DNA of 64,000 nt from positions 192,001 to 256,000 of the forward strand of contig JAQBYT010000001.1 in NCBI GenBank assembly GCA_027622665.1, read 5' to 3'. Position numbers and translations under genes: made by a program. Within the stretch, counting starts at the first letter, position 1. Each line of letters opens with the position of its first letter. This document shows positions 11,763 through 21,305 of the stretch, one piece after another. The notes under the pieces were generated by a model. That model was not told the origin of the DNA, did no database searches, and saw nothing but the letters and a program-made list of their open reading frames with translations. Source of the DNA: Verrucomicrobiota bacterium. Its GTDB lineage: Bacteria; Verrucomicrobiota; Verrucomicrobiia; Opitutales; Seribacteraceae.

Positions 11763-12485
11763 TTATTCGCTACCGACCGCCACCTCGAGGCGAAAGAAGT
11801 TCCATGTTGAATAAGTACCAACCTCGGCACGAAAGGATTGGTCGTAAGCACTCAGGAGCTTACGCAGATGCTTGGAGTCGAGGCGGGGCATGCCGGTGGC
11901 GCCGATCGCTCGTAAATCCCTCAGCAGGTCAACAGCATCCTCGTGAAAGAACTTCCTAAGACTTTCCTCCGCTCGCAGTATTTCAAAACCGGCACGCTCA
12001 AAGGCATGGTTCCATTCTCGGGCATCCAGCCAAGACAGGGAAGTGATGCCCGGATGCAGTGATTCGAGTTCGCATAAGGTGCCTTTGATGAAGAAAAGGC
12101 AAAGAACACGTCCATTCGGGGTGAGCAATTCACGCCAGCGCTCCAATGACTCTTTTGGGTTCCGGCACCACTGAAGGAGGCTGGCCGAATATAGTCGGTC
12201 CACGCGGAAACTAGCTTCGGGAGACCAAGCATCGAGTTTCTCCCAGCGACACGCCGGCACGCGTTGTTGGCCTTCCGCCAGCATCGCAGGAGACAAGTCG
12301 GTAGCCGTAAGATCGACCCCGGTATTCGTGATAAACTGAGTAAAGAGACCGGTCCCTGCACCAAATTCAATAGCCGTCTTGCCCGAAAGGTTTAATTCCA
12401 ACCACTCGGATCCCCAATCCGCAAGTTCCGCCTGAATCTTTGCAGCGGCTTCATAACTGCCCGCGCGCTTATCAAAGTTAGACAT
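11763..12485 (-). CDS. bioC: Malonyl-ACP O-methyltransferase BioC-like
   Basis: FDKRAGSYEAAAKIQ, EFGAGTG SAM motif, LQW, LRDLRAIGA; last gene of the bio operon; start taken at MSNF. Confidence 0.85.
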   Translation of the reverse strand: MSNFDKRAGSYEAAAKIQAELADWGSEWLELNLSGKTAIEFGAGTGLFTQFITNTGVDLTATDLSPAMLAEGQQRVPACRWEKLDAWSPEASFRVDRLYSASLLQWCRNPKESLERWRELLTPNGRVLCLFFIKGTLCELESLHPGITSLSWLDAREWNHAFERAGFEILRAEESLRKFFHEDAVDLLRDLRAIGATGMPRLDSKHLRKLLSAYDQSFRAEVGTYSTWNFFRLEVAVGSE

Positions 12486-13086
12486 AGGTTTCTTTGTCGA
12501 AACGTAATTCTTCAAGCAAGTCCTCGAATCGATGACCAGCCTCCGGTAAAACTTTAGCCGCTGGAAAGAATTTCAGTAGACGGCTGGCGTCTAGAATGGG
12601 ATCTTGGCCCCCGAGGAGGACTTCATGATGTCGGCTCGATATTGTTTCTGGATTCACGGCTTTCTCCAAAAGCAAATCCAGCCCCCAAGCTAAATCCTCA
12701 ACAGGGTAGGGGAGACTCTTAGCATTCATCCCGAGATCGGCTCGACCGTAGAAGTCGTTTACCGTTGTAAGCGCATCCGTTCTCAATCCTCGCGCAGTAA
12801 CTTTCAATTGTGTCTTGCTCACCTTTCCACCACGATCAGCCTCGCGGGGAAACTCGACAAAAGGAGAAAGCAGCACGAACCCTCGCTTGGCAGTAAAACG
12901 GTCTGGCCAAAGGAGTATAAGAAACGCTCCCAATGAATGACCGACCAACCAATCAAAATCCTCCACCATTGGTATTTCCGCCGTTGGAGCGACTACACTA
13001 TGCTCCATCTGGGGAAAATGTTTCAATGCCTGAGCGCGCACGAACTCTGGTGAAATCGCCCAACCTCCTATCCATAAAACTTTCAA
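12478..13086 (-). CDS. Short alpha/beta hydrolase, probable pimeloyl-ACP methyl ester esterase (BioH-equivalent)
   Basis: GGWA oxyanion-type segment, GHSLG nucleophile elbow, QDPIL Asp, AGH His; overlaps both bioF and bioC. Confidence 0.7.
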   Translation of the reverse strand: MKVLWIGGWAISPEFVRAQALKHFPQMEHSVVAPTAEIPMVEDFDWLVGHSLGAFLILLWPDRFTAKRGFVLLSPFVEFPREADRGGKVSKTQLKVTARGLRTDALTTVNDFYGRADLGMNAKSLPYPVEDLAWGLDLLLEKAVNPETISSRHHEVLLGGQDPILDASRLLKFFPAAKVLPEAGHRFEDLLEELRFDKETYV

Positions 13087-14222
13087 TTTATTGCTCGGGC
13101 CAATCGTTCCGCAAGTCCATCGATGGGAAGTCCCGCTTGGTATGACATGCGCAGTCGCGCAGCGCCAACAGGCACGGTTGGAGGGCGAATGGCGACCACC
13201 TTCAGATGATCGCGTTCTAGATTCTCGGCCGCTCGCATAGCGAGATCGGCTGCGCCGACAAGAATGGGAATTACCGGAGAATCTCCCATAATGGTCTGGA
13301 GACCTTGGGTCTCTAACTCTTGCCTAAAAGCAGATGCCGATGCCCGCCAAACAGGCCGATCACACTCAAGGCGTTCTGCTATCTCAACGGCCTTGGAAGC
13401 GGCGGCGGCGTTTGCGGGAGCAAGAAATGTCGAATAGATGTATTCAGCCGCGAAATTCTCAACAAGCCGTTTTACGGAAGTATTGCGAAATATTGTAAAA
13501 GCACCCTGAGACCCAAGTGCCTTTCCGAGTGTGCCTACGAGAACATCGACATGCTCAAGAACGCCTGCGTGCTCTGCCAGACCTGCACCTTTGGGACCAT
13601 ACCAACCGAGAGCATGGGCCTCGTCGAGAATCAAGACAAAGCCATGTTTTTCTCGGAGATTGGCCAAAAAAACCAAGTCGGGACAATCGCCATCCATTCC
13701 GAAAACGGTCTCGGTCGCTACGAACATTGGTCGGCCGGTAGTATTTTTACGCAATAGGACTTCGAGCCCTACAAGATCAAGGTGTCGGTAGCGACTGAAG
13801 CGAGCCCCAGACGAAAGAATCCCGGCAAGCATGCTCTGGTGAACAAGACGGTCTGCAAATACATGGTCTCCCTTTTGAGGAAGCAGGCCCAGCAAAGCGC
13901 GATTCGCGGCATAACCGGAATTCCATAGCATCACTTCATCGGCCGATACGGAATACCATGCGGCAATCCGATTTACCAATTCTTCGTGCGGTGGGCGAAA
14001 TCCAGTTACCAAAGGAGCGGCCGAGGCCGAACAACCGAAGCGACCAATCGCTTCTCGAGCTGCAGCCTTTACCTCCGGGTGAGTGGCAAGGCCAAGATAG
14101 TCATTGGCCGCAAGATTAAGGATGTCTCCATCGTTTCCCCAAGCACGAGTAATCCGAGTGAGCCCGGCCTCCTCTCGTTCCCTAAGCGCCTCCTCGCTGC
14201 GCCGATGGAGAAAGTCCTTCAT
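13083..14222 (-). CDS. bioF: 8-amino-7-oxononanoate synthase
   Basis: NLAANDYLGL, SGYAAN, DEAHALG, GTLGKALG (PLP Lys), AIRPPTVP. Confidence 0.93.
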   Translation of the reverse strand: MKDFLHRRSEEALREREEAGLTRITRAWGNDGDILNLAANDYLGLATHPEVKAAAREAIGRFGCSASAAPLVTGFRPPHEELVNRIAAWYSVSADEVMLWNSGYAANRALLGLLPQKGDHVFADRLVHQSMLAGILSSGARFSRYRHLDLVGLEVLLRKNTTGRPMFVATETVFGMDGDCPDLVFLANLREKHGFVLILDEAHALGWYGPKGAGLAEHAGVLEHVDVLVGTLGKALGSQGAFTIFRNTSVKRLVENFAAEYIYSTFLAPANAAAASKAVEIAERLECDRPVWRASASAFRQELETQGLQTIMGDSPVIPILVGAADLAMRAAENLERDHLKVVAIRPPTVPVGAARLRMSYQAGLPIDGLAERLARAIN

Positions 14223-14857
14223 GCTTGCTCCCACGGAAAGCTGGCCTCGACGGAATCAAGATCTCCGTGCCTTTGCGTCGCCCAAATGGGTAAGATTTCG
14301 CGAGAGAGTCCTTGTTCGTTCGCGAAACGAGTTATCGCATCCAGCGAACGAGCTTCGTTCAACCATAGCCCGCAAGGGATGGCGCAGTCCCCGAGGTGGG
14401 AAGCCAAAAGGCGAGTTTGGTTTAGTACACCTAAACGATTTTCGACCACGAGGATTAAATAATCAACGGGTAGTTTCTTGGCGAAATCAAGCCAATCGAG
14501 CCCTTTCTCGTCGATGGGAGTGGCAAGTCCTCCCGCACCCTCAATCACTAGATTTTCACTTTGTTCGGAACAAGATCGAGTGCTTGAAACAAGTTCCGAA
14601 AAATCCAATTCCTTGCCATCCATCTTGGCCGCTTCGACTGGCGCCAAGGGTTGGCGAAAGTTAAGTAGAGTGTGAACCTCAAGACTTTCACTCCGGGCAT
14701 TGACGTAAGTGGCGTCAAGAGGTTCAGCCGAACCAGTTTCAATTGGTTTGACATAACATGTAGAGCCTACGGACGAAAGGCGGTGGGCAAGAAAGCCGGA
14801 AGCTACAGTCTTGCCGACACCAGTGTCGTTTCCTGAAACGAGAATGGCGAGAGACAC
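14219..14857 (-). CDS. bioD: Dethiobiotin synthase
   Basis: SGNDTGVGKT, KPIETG, IEGAGG, LGVLNQT. Confidence 0.93.
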   Translation of the reverse strand: MSLAILVSGNDTGVGKTVASGFLAHRLSSVGSTCYVKPIETGSAEPLDATYVNARSESLEVHTLLNFRQPLAPVEAAKMDGKELDFSELVSSTRSCSEQSENLVIEGAGGLATPIDEKGLDWLDFAKKLPVDYLILVVENRLGVLNQTRLLASHLGDCAIPCGLWLNEARSLDAITRFANEQGLSREILPIWATQRHGDLDSVEASFPWEQA

Positions 14858-14865
14858 AGTATTTG

Positions 14866-15864
14866 TCAGCCCACCAAAGTTGCCGGGGTAGTTGCCTCTC
14901 GACCCTGAGCGGCTCGAGCTTCGTCTGGATGAATGTTCCGAAGACCGAGTTTTTCAAGTAGAAGAGAATCCTCGTCTTGGCCGGGATTGGGAGTGGTTAG
15001 AAGTTTGTCGCCTAAGAAAATGCTGTTGGCACCTGCGAGGAATGAAAGGGTTTGTAATTCTTCGCTCATTTCGGTTCGTCCTGCCGAGAGACGCACCATT
15101 GCTCGGGGCATAAGGATTCTTGCCGTGGCAATCACACGAACAAAGGCGATCCCGTCGACCTGCTCTTGGTCTCCCAGGGGAGTACCCTCCACGGGAACCA
15201 AAGAATTAATTGGCACGGACTCGGGCTGAGGGTCAAGATTCGCCAATTCAGCTAAAAGCCCAAGGCGGTCTTCCTTACTCTCTCCCATACCAAGGATGCC
15301 TCCGCAACACACTTCCATGCCCGCCTTTCTAACATTGGCTAAGGTCTCGAGACGATTATCGTAAGACCGAGTGGTGATAATCTCTTGATAAAACTCCCTA
15401 GATGTATCGAGGTTGTGGTTGTAGACGGAACAGCCCGCCTCCTTGAGACGAACAGCTTGCTCCTCTTCCATCATTCCAAGAGTACAGCATACCTCCATTC
15501 CAATATCTCTAACGGCTGTAACCGTCTGCAACACGGATTCGTACTGCGGCCCATCCGGAACCTTGCGCCAAGCCGCTCCCATACAGAAACGAGTGGCGCC
15601 GGCTTCATGAGCCGCTCGAGCGTCACTAAGTATAGAGGCCGTATCTAGAAGTGTCTCGGATTCAACGAACGTATTGTAATGGGCGGACTGAGGACAATAT
15701 TTGCAATCCTCGGGGCAAGCTCCGGTCTTGATGGACTTGAGGGCACAGGACTGTACGCCCGAAGGGTCTTGATGCCGATGGTGAGCTTCCTGCGCTCGAT
15801 AAATAAGCGTAGTAATCGGGAGATCGTAAATGGAACGAATTTCTTCAATGGTATAGCGAGTCAT
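14866..15864 (-). CDS. bioB: Biotin synthase (radical SAM)
   Basis: CPEDCKYCPQS, YNHNLDTS, ESVPIN, RLSAGR, GANSIF; start taken at MTRY. Confidence 0.96.
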   Translation of the reverse strand: MTRYTIEEIRSIYDLPITTLIYRAQEAHHRHQDPSGVQSCALKSIKTGACPEDCKYCPQSAHYNTFVESETLLDTASILSDARAAHEAGATRFCMGAAWRKVPDGPQYESVLQTVTAVRDIGMEVCCTLGMMEEEQAVRLKEAGCSVYNHNLDTSREFYQEIITTRSYDNRLETLANVRKAGMEVCCGGILGMGESKEDRLGLLAELANLDPQPESVPINSLVPVEGTPLGDQEQVDGIAFVRVIATARILMPRAMVRLSAGRTEMSEELQTLSFLAGANSIFLGDKLLTTPNPGQDEDSLLLEKLGLRNIHPDEARAAQGREATTPATLVG

Positions 15865-15908
15865 AGGATTTTCTTGGTGAAGGGTGCAGGTTTTAAGGTA
15901 AATTAGCT

Positions 15909-17294
15909 TCAGTATGAAGTCGCCTCGATTGCTTCTAGGGCAGTAGAGCAAAGAAAAGAAATCTCTTCGTCGGAAATGACGACCGGAGGAACGAGGGGCA
16001 AAGAATTTCCAAGCGGGCGGAGCAAAAGACCTCGTTCACGAGCTTCGAAACACACATCCCTCGCAAAGCGACTTTCAAGAGAAAAGGATGCTCCGGATTC
16101 GAGACAAAGATCCAAGCACGCCGTCAAACCCCGTTGCCGAATTCGACGAATGCGAGGATGGTCCGAGAAAGTTTCACTTACGACTCGACCAAAAACTTCT
16201 ACGGTTCTCGCAACCGCTCCGGAGCTGATTCGATCTTCCAAAAGCTCGCAACTGCGCAGTGCAACAGCTGCACCCAATGGGTTCGCCGTATAGGTGTGGC
16301 CATGATAGAAGGTCTTGTGCTCATGAAAAGGACCGGTAAAGGAGTCAAACACTTCGTTGGTAGTCAAAGTGGCGGCCAAAGGAAGGTAACCTCCCGTGAG
16401 ACCTTTTGCGAGACAGAGAAAATCGGGTTGAACCCCTTCCGATGCACAAACATAAGTTGATCCAAGGCGCCCAAATGCGACAAAGACCTCGTCTAGGATC
16501 AAGTGTGCACCAGCTTCACGGCAGAGGGCTTCAACCTTCCCAGCAAAACCCGGTGGTTGCTGCATCATGCCGGCCGCCCCTTGTACCGAGGGCTCTAGAA
16601 CAAGAGCGGCCACCCGGCCTTTTTCCTCTTGAAGAATCCGAGTCAGAGAATCGAGGCTCTCGGTATCGGTCGCATGCAGCACTTCCCCGCCACACTCTAA
16701 GCAGACGGGGGCCTTGAATCGACGGACGGGAAAAGACCAGCGCCGCCACGGTTCGGTGAAAGGTCCGTCCGCTCCTAGGGCCATTGTTCCGAAGGTATCC
16801 CCGTGATAACCCCCTTCCATAACAAGAATGACAGACCGCTCGGATTGACCCATCAATTGCCAATGCCGAAGCGATTGCTTTAACGCCACCTCGACCGAAG
16901 TCGAGCCATTGTCCGAATAGAAGACTTTTTTCAAGCCTGAGGGTGAAGACTCCACAAGCCGTTTGCTCAATAGAGTAGCAGGGTCATGGGCAAGCCCAAG
17001 GTAGGTGGAATGGGCAACACGATCAAGTTGCTCGACAATGGCTTCGTTCAAGGCGGGCTCCCCATGTCCATGGACATTGGTCCAAGTAGATGCATTACCA
17101 TCAAGATAGCGATTGCCTTCCCGATCAAACAGCCAACAGCCCTTACCTCGCGCGATGCTCAAGGGCGGCAAGACTTCCCGCTCCATGGCCTGGGCAAAGG
17201 GGTGCCATACATGCTCGCGATCCAATGCATCCCTTTCGGCACTCTCGGCAGAATCTCCCAAGGGTATCTGAAGTTCTGTTAAGGGAGGAATCAT
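15909..17294 (-). CDS. bioA: Adenosylmethionine-8-amino-7-oxononanoate aminotransferase
   Basis: VWHPFAQ, FYSDNGSTSVEVALK, YHGDT, DEVFVAFGR, LAKGLTGG, HGHTYTANP. Confidence 0.95.
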   Translation of the reverse strand: MIPPLTELQIPLGDSAESAERDALDREHVWHPFAQAMEREVLPPLSIARGKGCWLFDREGNRYLDGNASTWTNVHGHGEPALNEAIVEQLDRVAHSTYLGLAHDPATLLSKRLVESSPSGLKKVFYSDNGSTSVEVALKQSLRHWQLMGQSERSVILVMEGGYHGDTFGTMALGADGPFTEPWRRWSFPVRRFKAPVCLECGGEVLHATDTESLDSLTRILQEEKGRVAALVLEPSVQGAAGMMQQPPGFAGKVEALCREAGAHLILDEVFVAFGRLGSTYVCASEGVQPDFLCLAKGLTGGYLPLAATLTTNEVFDSFTGPFHEHKTFYHGHTYTANPLGAAVALRSCELLEDRISSGAVARTVEVFGRVVSETFSDHPRIRRIRQRGLTACLDLCLESGASFSLESRFARDVCFEARERGLLLRPLGNSLPLVPPVVISDEEISFLCSTALEAIEATSY

Positions 17295-17323
17295 TTTCCC
17301 TTAACTTAACTAAATGTTGATGA

Positions 17324-17357
17324 AATGTTAAGCTAGAAGAATAAAACCTTTAACATA
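17324..17357. promoter_or_regulatory. Putative BirA operator upstream of the bio operon
   Basis: aaTGTTAAG-N16-TTTAACAta about 30 bp upstream of bioA; matches the BirA pattern TGTtAAC-N14..16-GTTaACA except the inner base of each arm. Confidence 0.7.
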
Positions 17358-17418
17358 AGTGTCGATTGACCACTAAGCCCGGTCGGCAAAGTCGCGAAAA
17401 CCGTAATTCTCGTCTAGC

Positions 17419-17588
17419 TTACTTCTGTAAGCCGTCGAACTTAGCGAGAAACTTTTGAGGCTCTTTCTCTAACTTGGTTTTGCCGTTTTCCGCAACAGAA
17501 GGCGACTAACTGGCCCTTAAAAACAAATACCAGGGCATTTGTTGTTTACGGGATTGCAGGCTTTAACTTGCTTGTCGTCTTTCTTGCC
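17419..17588 (-). pseudogene. Decayed second YHS-like repeat, formerly the C-terminus of the 17589-19025 gene
   Basis: Past the TAG the frame reads GKKDDKQVKACNPVNNKCP, then with two frameshifts VFKGQLVAFCCG and KTKLEKEPQKFLAKFDGLQK*; resembles PVNAKCP...GQTVGFCCDNCKGKFDKDPSAFRAKL in the gene itself. Confidence 0.75.
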
Positions 17589-19025
17589 CTACTTCTCGGC
17601 CGATGTTGGTTCAGCTTCCCACCCAAGGTTAATGACAGGGCCCGCGTTGCGGAGCTTGACAAGTACCGTCCGCAGGGTGTCTTGCTTTTCTTCAACGCCA
17701 ACATCTAGGTCGTCCTTAACGCCATCCAGTGTTTCCTTTGCCTTTGTATAAGCGTCTGAGGGCTTGAAGTCCTTTAGCTTGGCACGGAAAGCACTGGGGT
17801 CCTTATCGAATTTCCCTTTGCAATTGTCGCAGCAGAATCCTACCGTTTGGCCCTCTAGAACCGACTTTTTCGCCTTGTCCACATCCTTGCCGATTACAGG
17901 ACACTTTGCATTTACCGGTTCCCCTGAAACCGCTGAAGAAGCTGTCTTATTCAGTGCCTCCTCATGCTTGGCCACTTCCTTTTCCTTGCTTGTACGGAAT
18001 TGATCGACTTCAACTTTGAGCCGCTTTCTGTCAGCTTCCAGTTTCGCCAGTTCTTTGGCATCGACAAAGGCACTTCGAAGATCAGCAGCCCCGGCTTTGG
18101 TGACTTCGGTTTGCCAGAGAAATACCTTCTTGAGCTTCTTAAGCTTCTTGAGATGAGCAATCCCTTTGTCGGAAACCTTCGTGCCATAGAGGTTCAAATA
18201 TTCAAGATTCGCTAACTTTGCCACATGAGCCAAACCGTCATCGGAGACGGAGGTGTTCTCAAGATGAAGTCGAGTAACCTGAGTGCACTTGGCAACCTCG
18301 GCAAGACCGGCATTGGTCACTTTCGTTCGAGCGAGGTTGAGCCAAAAGAGTTGGGGCGATACACCGCCAAGCTTCTTGGCCTGCTCATCACCAAACTGCT
18401 CGCCGACATAAGATGCGTTCACATATAAGGCATTTGTATCTTGGGCGACAGGCATAGTGAGAAGGCCCAAGTCTTTCAGGCCGGAAAGGGCCTTGGCATC
18501 AGCAGGCGGCAGCTTAGGTAGTTGGGGTTCCAGGACTGCAGTCGCAGATTCTTTCTTGCGAGGAGGATTCTTGAGGATGGTTTCGGCTGCCTTTCTCGCT
18601 TCCCCCTTGAGGTCGGAAACCTTGGAGTCAAAAGAGGCACCAGCGAGTATCCAAGCCTCGAAGACTTTAAGTTCATCTTTAGTGACGGGGTTGTGAGGTT
18701 CGTCCTTGTCGAAGGGAGGCATCACGTCGTCATCATCCGTCGGGAGGGATATGCGATAATAGAGCTCACTGTCGTCGAGCTTGCCTTTGACGATGATTTT
18801 TGCTCCCGCTCCCTTACCGCCTTTGAGAAGATCTTTCACGGTATGAAGCCGCAACTTGCCTTTATCCTTGGATTGCCCATGGCAATCGTAACACTTCGCG
18901 GCCAAAACGGGACGGATCACATCACCAAAAACTTTGGCCTTGTCAGGATTAGTCTCAGAAAACAAGCGAGATGAGACTGCGACCAGACCCAAGACAGAGA
19001 ATGTGAATGCTGTGATTGTTTTCAT
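17589..19025 (-). CDS. Planctomycete-type cytochrome c + leucine-rich repeat + YHS-like domain protein
   Basis: Signal peptide; IRPVLAAKCYDCHG...MPP...WI.AGA; LRRs (LNLARTKVTNAGL, LHLENTSVSDDGL, LNLYGTKVSDKGI); CPVIG...FCCDNC. Confidence 0.85.
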   Translation of the reverse strand: MKTITAFTFSVLGLVAVSSRLFSETNPDKAKVFGDVIRPVLAAKCYDCHGQSKDKGKLRLHTVKDLLKGGKGAGAKIIVKGKLDDSELYYRISLPTDDDDVMPPFDKDEPHNPVTKDELKVFEAWILAGASFDSKVSDLKGEARKAAETILKNPPRKKESATAVLEPQLPKLPPADAKALSGLKDLGLLTMPVAQDTNALYVNASYVGEQFGDEQAKKLGGVSPQLFWLNLARTKVTNAGLAEVAKCTQVTRLHLENTSVSDDGLAHVAKLANLEYLNLYGTKVSDKGIAHLKKLKKLKKVFLWQTEVTKAGAADLRSAFVDAKELAKLEADRKRLKVEVDQFRTSKEKEVAKHEEALNKTASSAVSGEPVNAKCPVIGKDVDKAKKSVLEGQTVGFCCDNCKGKFDKDPSAFRAKLKDFKPSDAYTKAKETLDGVKDDLDVGVEEKQDTLRTVLVKLRNAGPVINLGWEAEPTSAEK

Positions 19026-19184
19026 GTTTATTGAAAATCGAGTTAGGATTTATTAATTGGATATGGGGAAAAACCCGACACTTCATGATTAGGCTTCAGT
19101 TGTAAAGACCTCAATGTTGATTGAGGAGGAAATAATTTTCGCGAAAGCTTGAAGAACAAAAGGGTGTGCATAATAATGTTGGGC

Positions 19185-19457
19185 ATGAAAATCGACTGGA
19201 GCAAGGAGCTGTGGCTAAGTCTTCTATTTATCTGTGTGGGGTTCACCATCTGGCCCTTGATGTGCTACTATGGGGGAAGAGCTCTAACGATTGAATACTT
19301 TCAGGACATGCACCTGAGAGACTGGGCGGAAAACCGAGTGTACGGTCCACTGGCGGACGGTGGATTAAGATCTATATCCAGATTGTTATTTTTACTCGGT
19401 CCTTATTTTGCGATGCTGGGATTGAGAATCCTACTCTATAAATTTAGCGAAAAGTAG
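19185..19457 (+). CDS. Small two-helix membrane protein, unknown function
   Basis: Fills the gap between neighbouring genes; two hydrophobic segments; start uncertain (19149-19185). Confidence 0.55.
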   Translation: MKIDWSKELWLSLLFICVGFTIWPLMCYYGGRALTIEYFQDMHLRDWAENRVYGPLADGGLRSISRLLFLLGPYFAMLGLRILLYKFSEK

Positions 19458-19481
19458 GGCATGCAAAGTCTTACGAATACT

Positions 19482-21227
19482 CTAAAATCCTTCGGGAATC
19501 ATATTCTCTTGATGACGACAGAGATTCGCATAAGCACCCCCTTTTGCCAACAACTCGAAATGCGAGCCTTTTTCAATGATTGTTCCATGATCGAGAAAAA
19601 CAATCTGATCGGCATCGCGAACGGTGGAAAGGCGATGAGCGATGACCAATGTGGTCCTTCCCTTAACTAGATTGGAGAGTCCTTCCTGGATCTCTCTTTC
19701 AGTTACAACGTCCACACTGGAGGTCGCTTCGTCAAGAATGACTACTGGCGGATTCTTCAGGAGTACGCGAGCGATCGTTAAACGCTGCTTTTCGCCCATG
19801 CTTAGGCGTATCCCCCGTTCGCCAATCATTGTGTCGAGCTTGTCGGGTAGACTGTTCACGAAATTGAGAGCACAAGCCGCCGACAGGGCTTTTTCAAGAT
19901 CTTCCTCGGATGCATTTGGGCGAGCCAGTAATAGGTTTTCGCGAACGGAAGTATCGAAAAGGAAAGGGTCTTGGGACACAATACCTATATTCCCGCGCAA
20001 ATCCGCAAGGGCAAAGTCCTGCAAATTGACGCCACCTACGCTTACGAAACCTTCATCAACTTCGTAATATCGTAAAGTAAGGTTCGCAAGAGTGCTCTTT
20101 CCGCCGCCGGTGGGCCCCACGAGGGCGGTCACACTACCCGCAGGAACTTCTAAATTCAGCCTTTCGACCAGAGTTCCCCTTTCGGGATAAGAAAATCGGA
20201 CATTGTTAAAGAGGATCTCAACCGAACCCCGGGGAAAGGGCTTGGGCTCCTTGGGGTCGCGAATTGCAATCGGATGATCCAAGACTTCAAAAACGCGCTC
20301 CCCGGACGCCTTGCCTGCTGCGATTAAATTATTGATTCCGACAAGCTGTCGAACAGGTTCGTAGAACATGTTTGCATACAGCAAAAACGCAAAAAATTCG
20401 CCCTTGGTAAAACTAGGATCAGTCTGAAGAAGATAGGCTCCCATGCCGACCACGGCGACGATGCCAAGGGAAGAAGTGAAGTTCGCGGCGGGACCCTGTA
20501 TCGACCAGCGAAACATGGCTCGAAGATTTCGTCGTTCCAATTCTTTGCTAATCTCAAGGAAGCGAGCTTGCTCCCGTTGTCGCAAGGCGAATCCGTGAAT
20601 AAGACGATTGCCTTGGATGTCCTCCAACAACAGGGAGTTCAATTGCCCGGATGTTTCGCGGACCGCCTTCCAATTTCGGCGAGAAACCTTTGCGTACTTC
20701 CAAGCCATCACGAACAGCACGGGCAATGGGAGAAAAACAAAGGCCGCCAAAGTGGGCTCATGGACAAACATTACCGCGCCCACTCCCACAATAGTCAGAA
20801 TGGCAACTGAACCTTGCTCTGTACCATCGAGTATGGCTCTTTCCACATTTTGCACGTCCTCGACCACTCTCGAGGAAATGTCTCCACTCTTTCGGCGGTC
20901 ATAAAAAGCTATGGGAAGTTCCAGAAGTTTGTCGTGTAAATCCCGCCGCAAATCGAGAATGACTTTCTGCTCCAATGTATTGTTGATGCGAATGCGAATA
21001 CAATTAAAGATTTCGCGGACGAAATAGAGCCCCGCAATGACTCCCGTGCCTTGGAGCAGCAATTTGACTTCATGCACACCGTGTTCAAACATTTGGTCAA
21101 GTACCTGCTGAATCACCCATGGCACCGCTACGGCAAGAGCAGTCATGGCACCAGCCATGAGAAGAGTGGAGACGAAAAGACCCTTGTAGCGGAACAGATA
21201 CCCCGCAACTCGACTAATTATGTTCAT
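19482..21227 (-). CDS. ABC exporter, fused permease/ATPase (MsbA-like)
   Basis: N-terminal transmembrane domain; GPTGGGKST, VSQDPFLF, LSMGEKQR, ILDEATS, IAHRLST. Confidence 0.93.
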   Translation of the reverse strand: MNIISRVAGYLFRYKGLFVSTLLMAGAMTALAVAVPWVIQQVLDQMFEHGVHEVKLLLQGTGVIAGLYFVREIFNCIRIRINNTLEQKVILDLRRDLHDKLLELPIAFYDRRKSGDISSRVVEDVQNVERAILDGTEQGSVAILTIVGVGAVMFVHEPTLAAFVFLPLPVLFVMAWKYAKVSRRNWKAVRETSGQLNSLLLEDIQGNRLIHGFALRQREQARFLEISKELERRNLRAMFRWSIQGPAANFTSSLGIVAVVGMGAYLLQTDPSFTKGEFFAFLLYANMFYEPVRQLVGINNLIAAGKASGERVFEVLDHPIAIRDPKEPKPFPRGSVEILFNNVRFSYPERGTLVERLNLEVPAGSVTALVGPTGGGKSTLANLTLRYYEVDEGFVSVGGVNLQDFALADLRGNIGIVSQDPFLFDTSVRENLLLARPNASEEDLEKALSAACALNFVNSLPDKLDTMIGERGIRLSMGEKQRLTIARVLLKNPPVVILDEATSSVDVVTEREIQEGLSNLVKGRTTLVIAHRLSTVRDADQIVFLDHGTIIEKGSHFELLAKGGAYANLCRHQENMIPEGF

Positions 21228-21305
21228 CGCTTTGGCGTTGCCCGGATAATGCAGTTGGAGATATGCATCAAACTTTAAAAGCGATTATTGAAAGGCGTGG
21301 CAAAC

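Noticed and set aside
17375..17552. Several hairpins suggesting a riboswitch or ncRNA upstream of the bio operon
   Set aside because: Most of the sequence is explained as a decayed YHS coding repeat, and no known aptamer motif is evident.
19162..19190. GGTGTGCATAA resembling the XerC arm of a dif site
   Set aside because: No XerD-like TTATGTTAAAT arm after the 6-bp spacer; more likely promoter sequence. The same applies to GGTGTATATAA near 42554.
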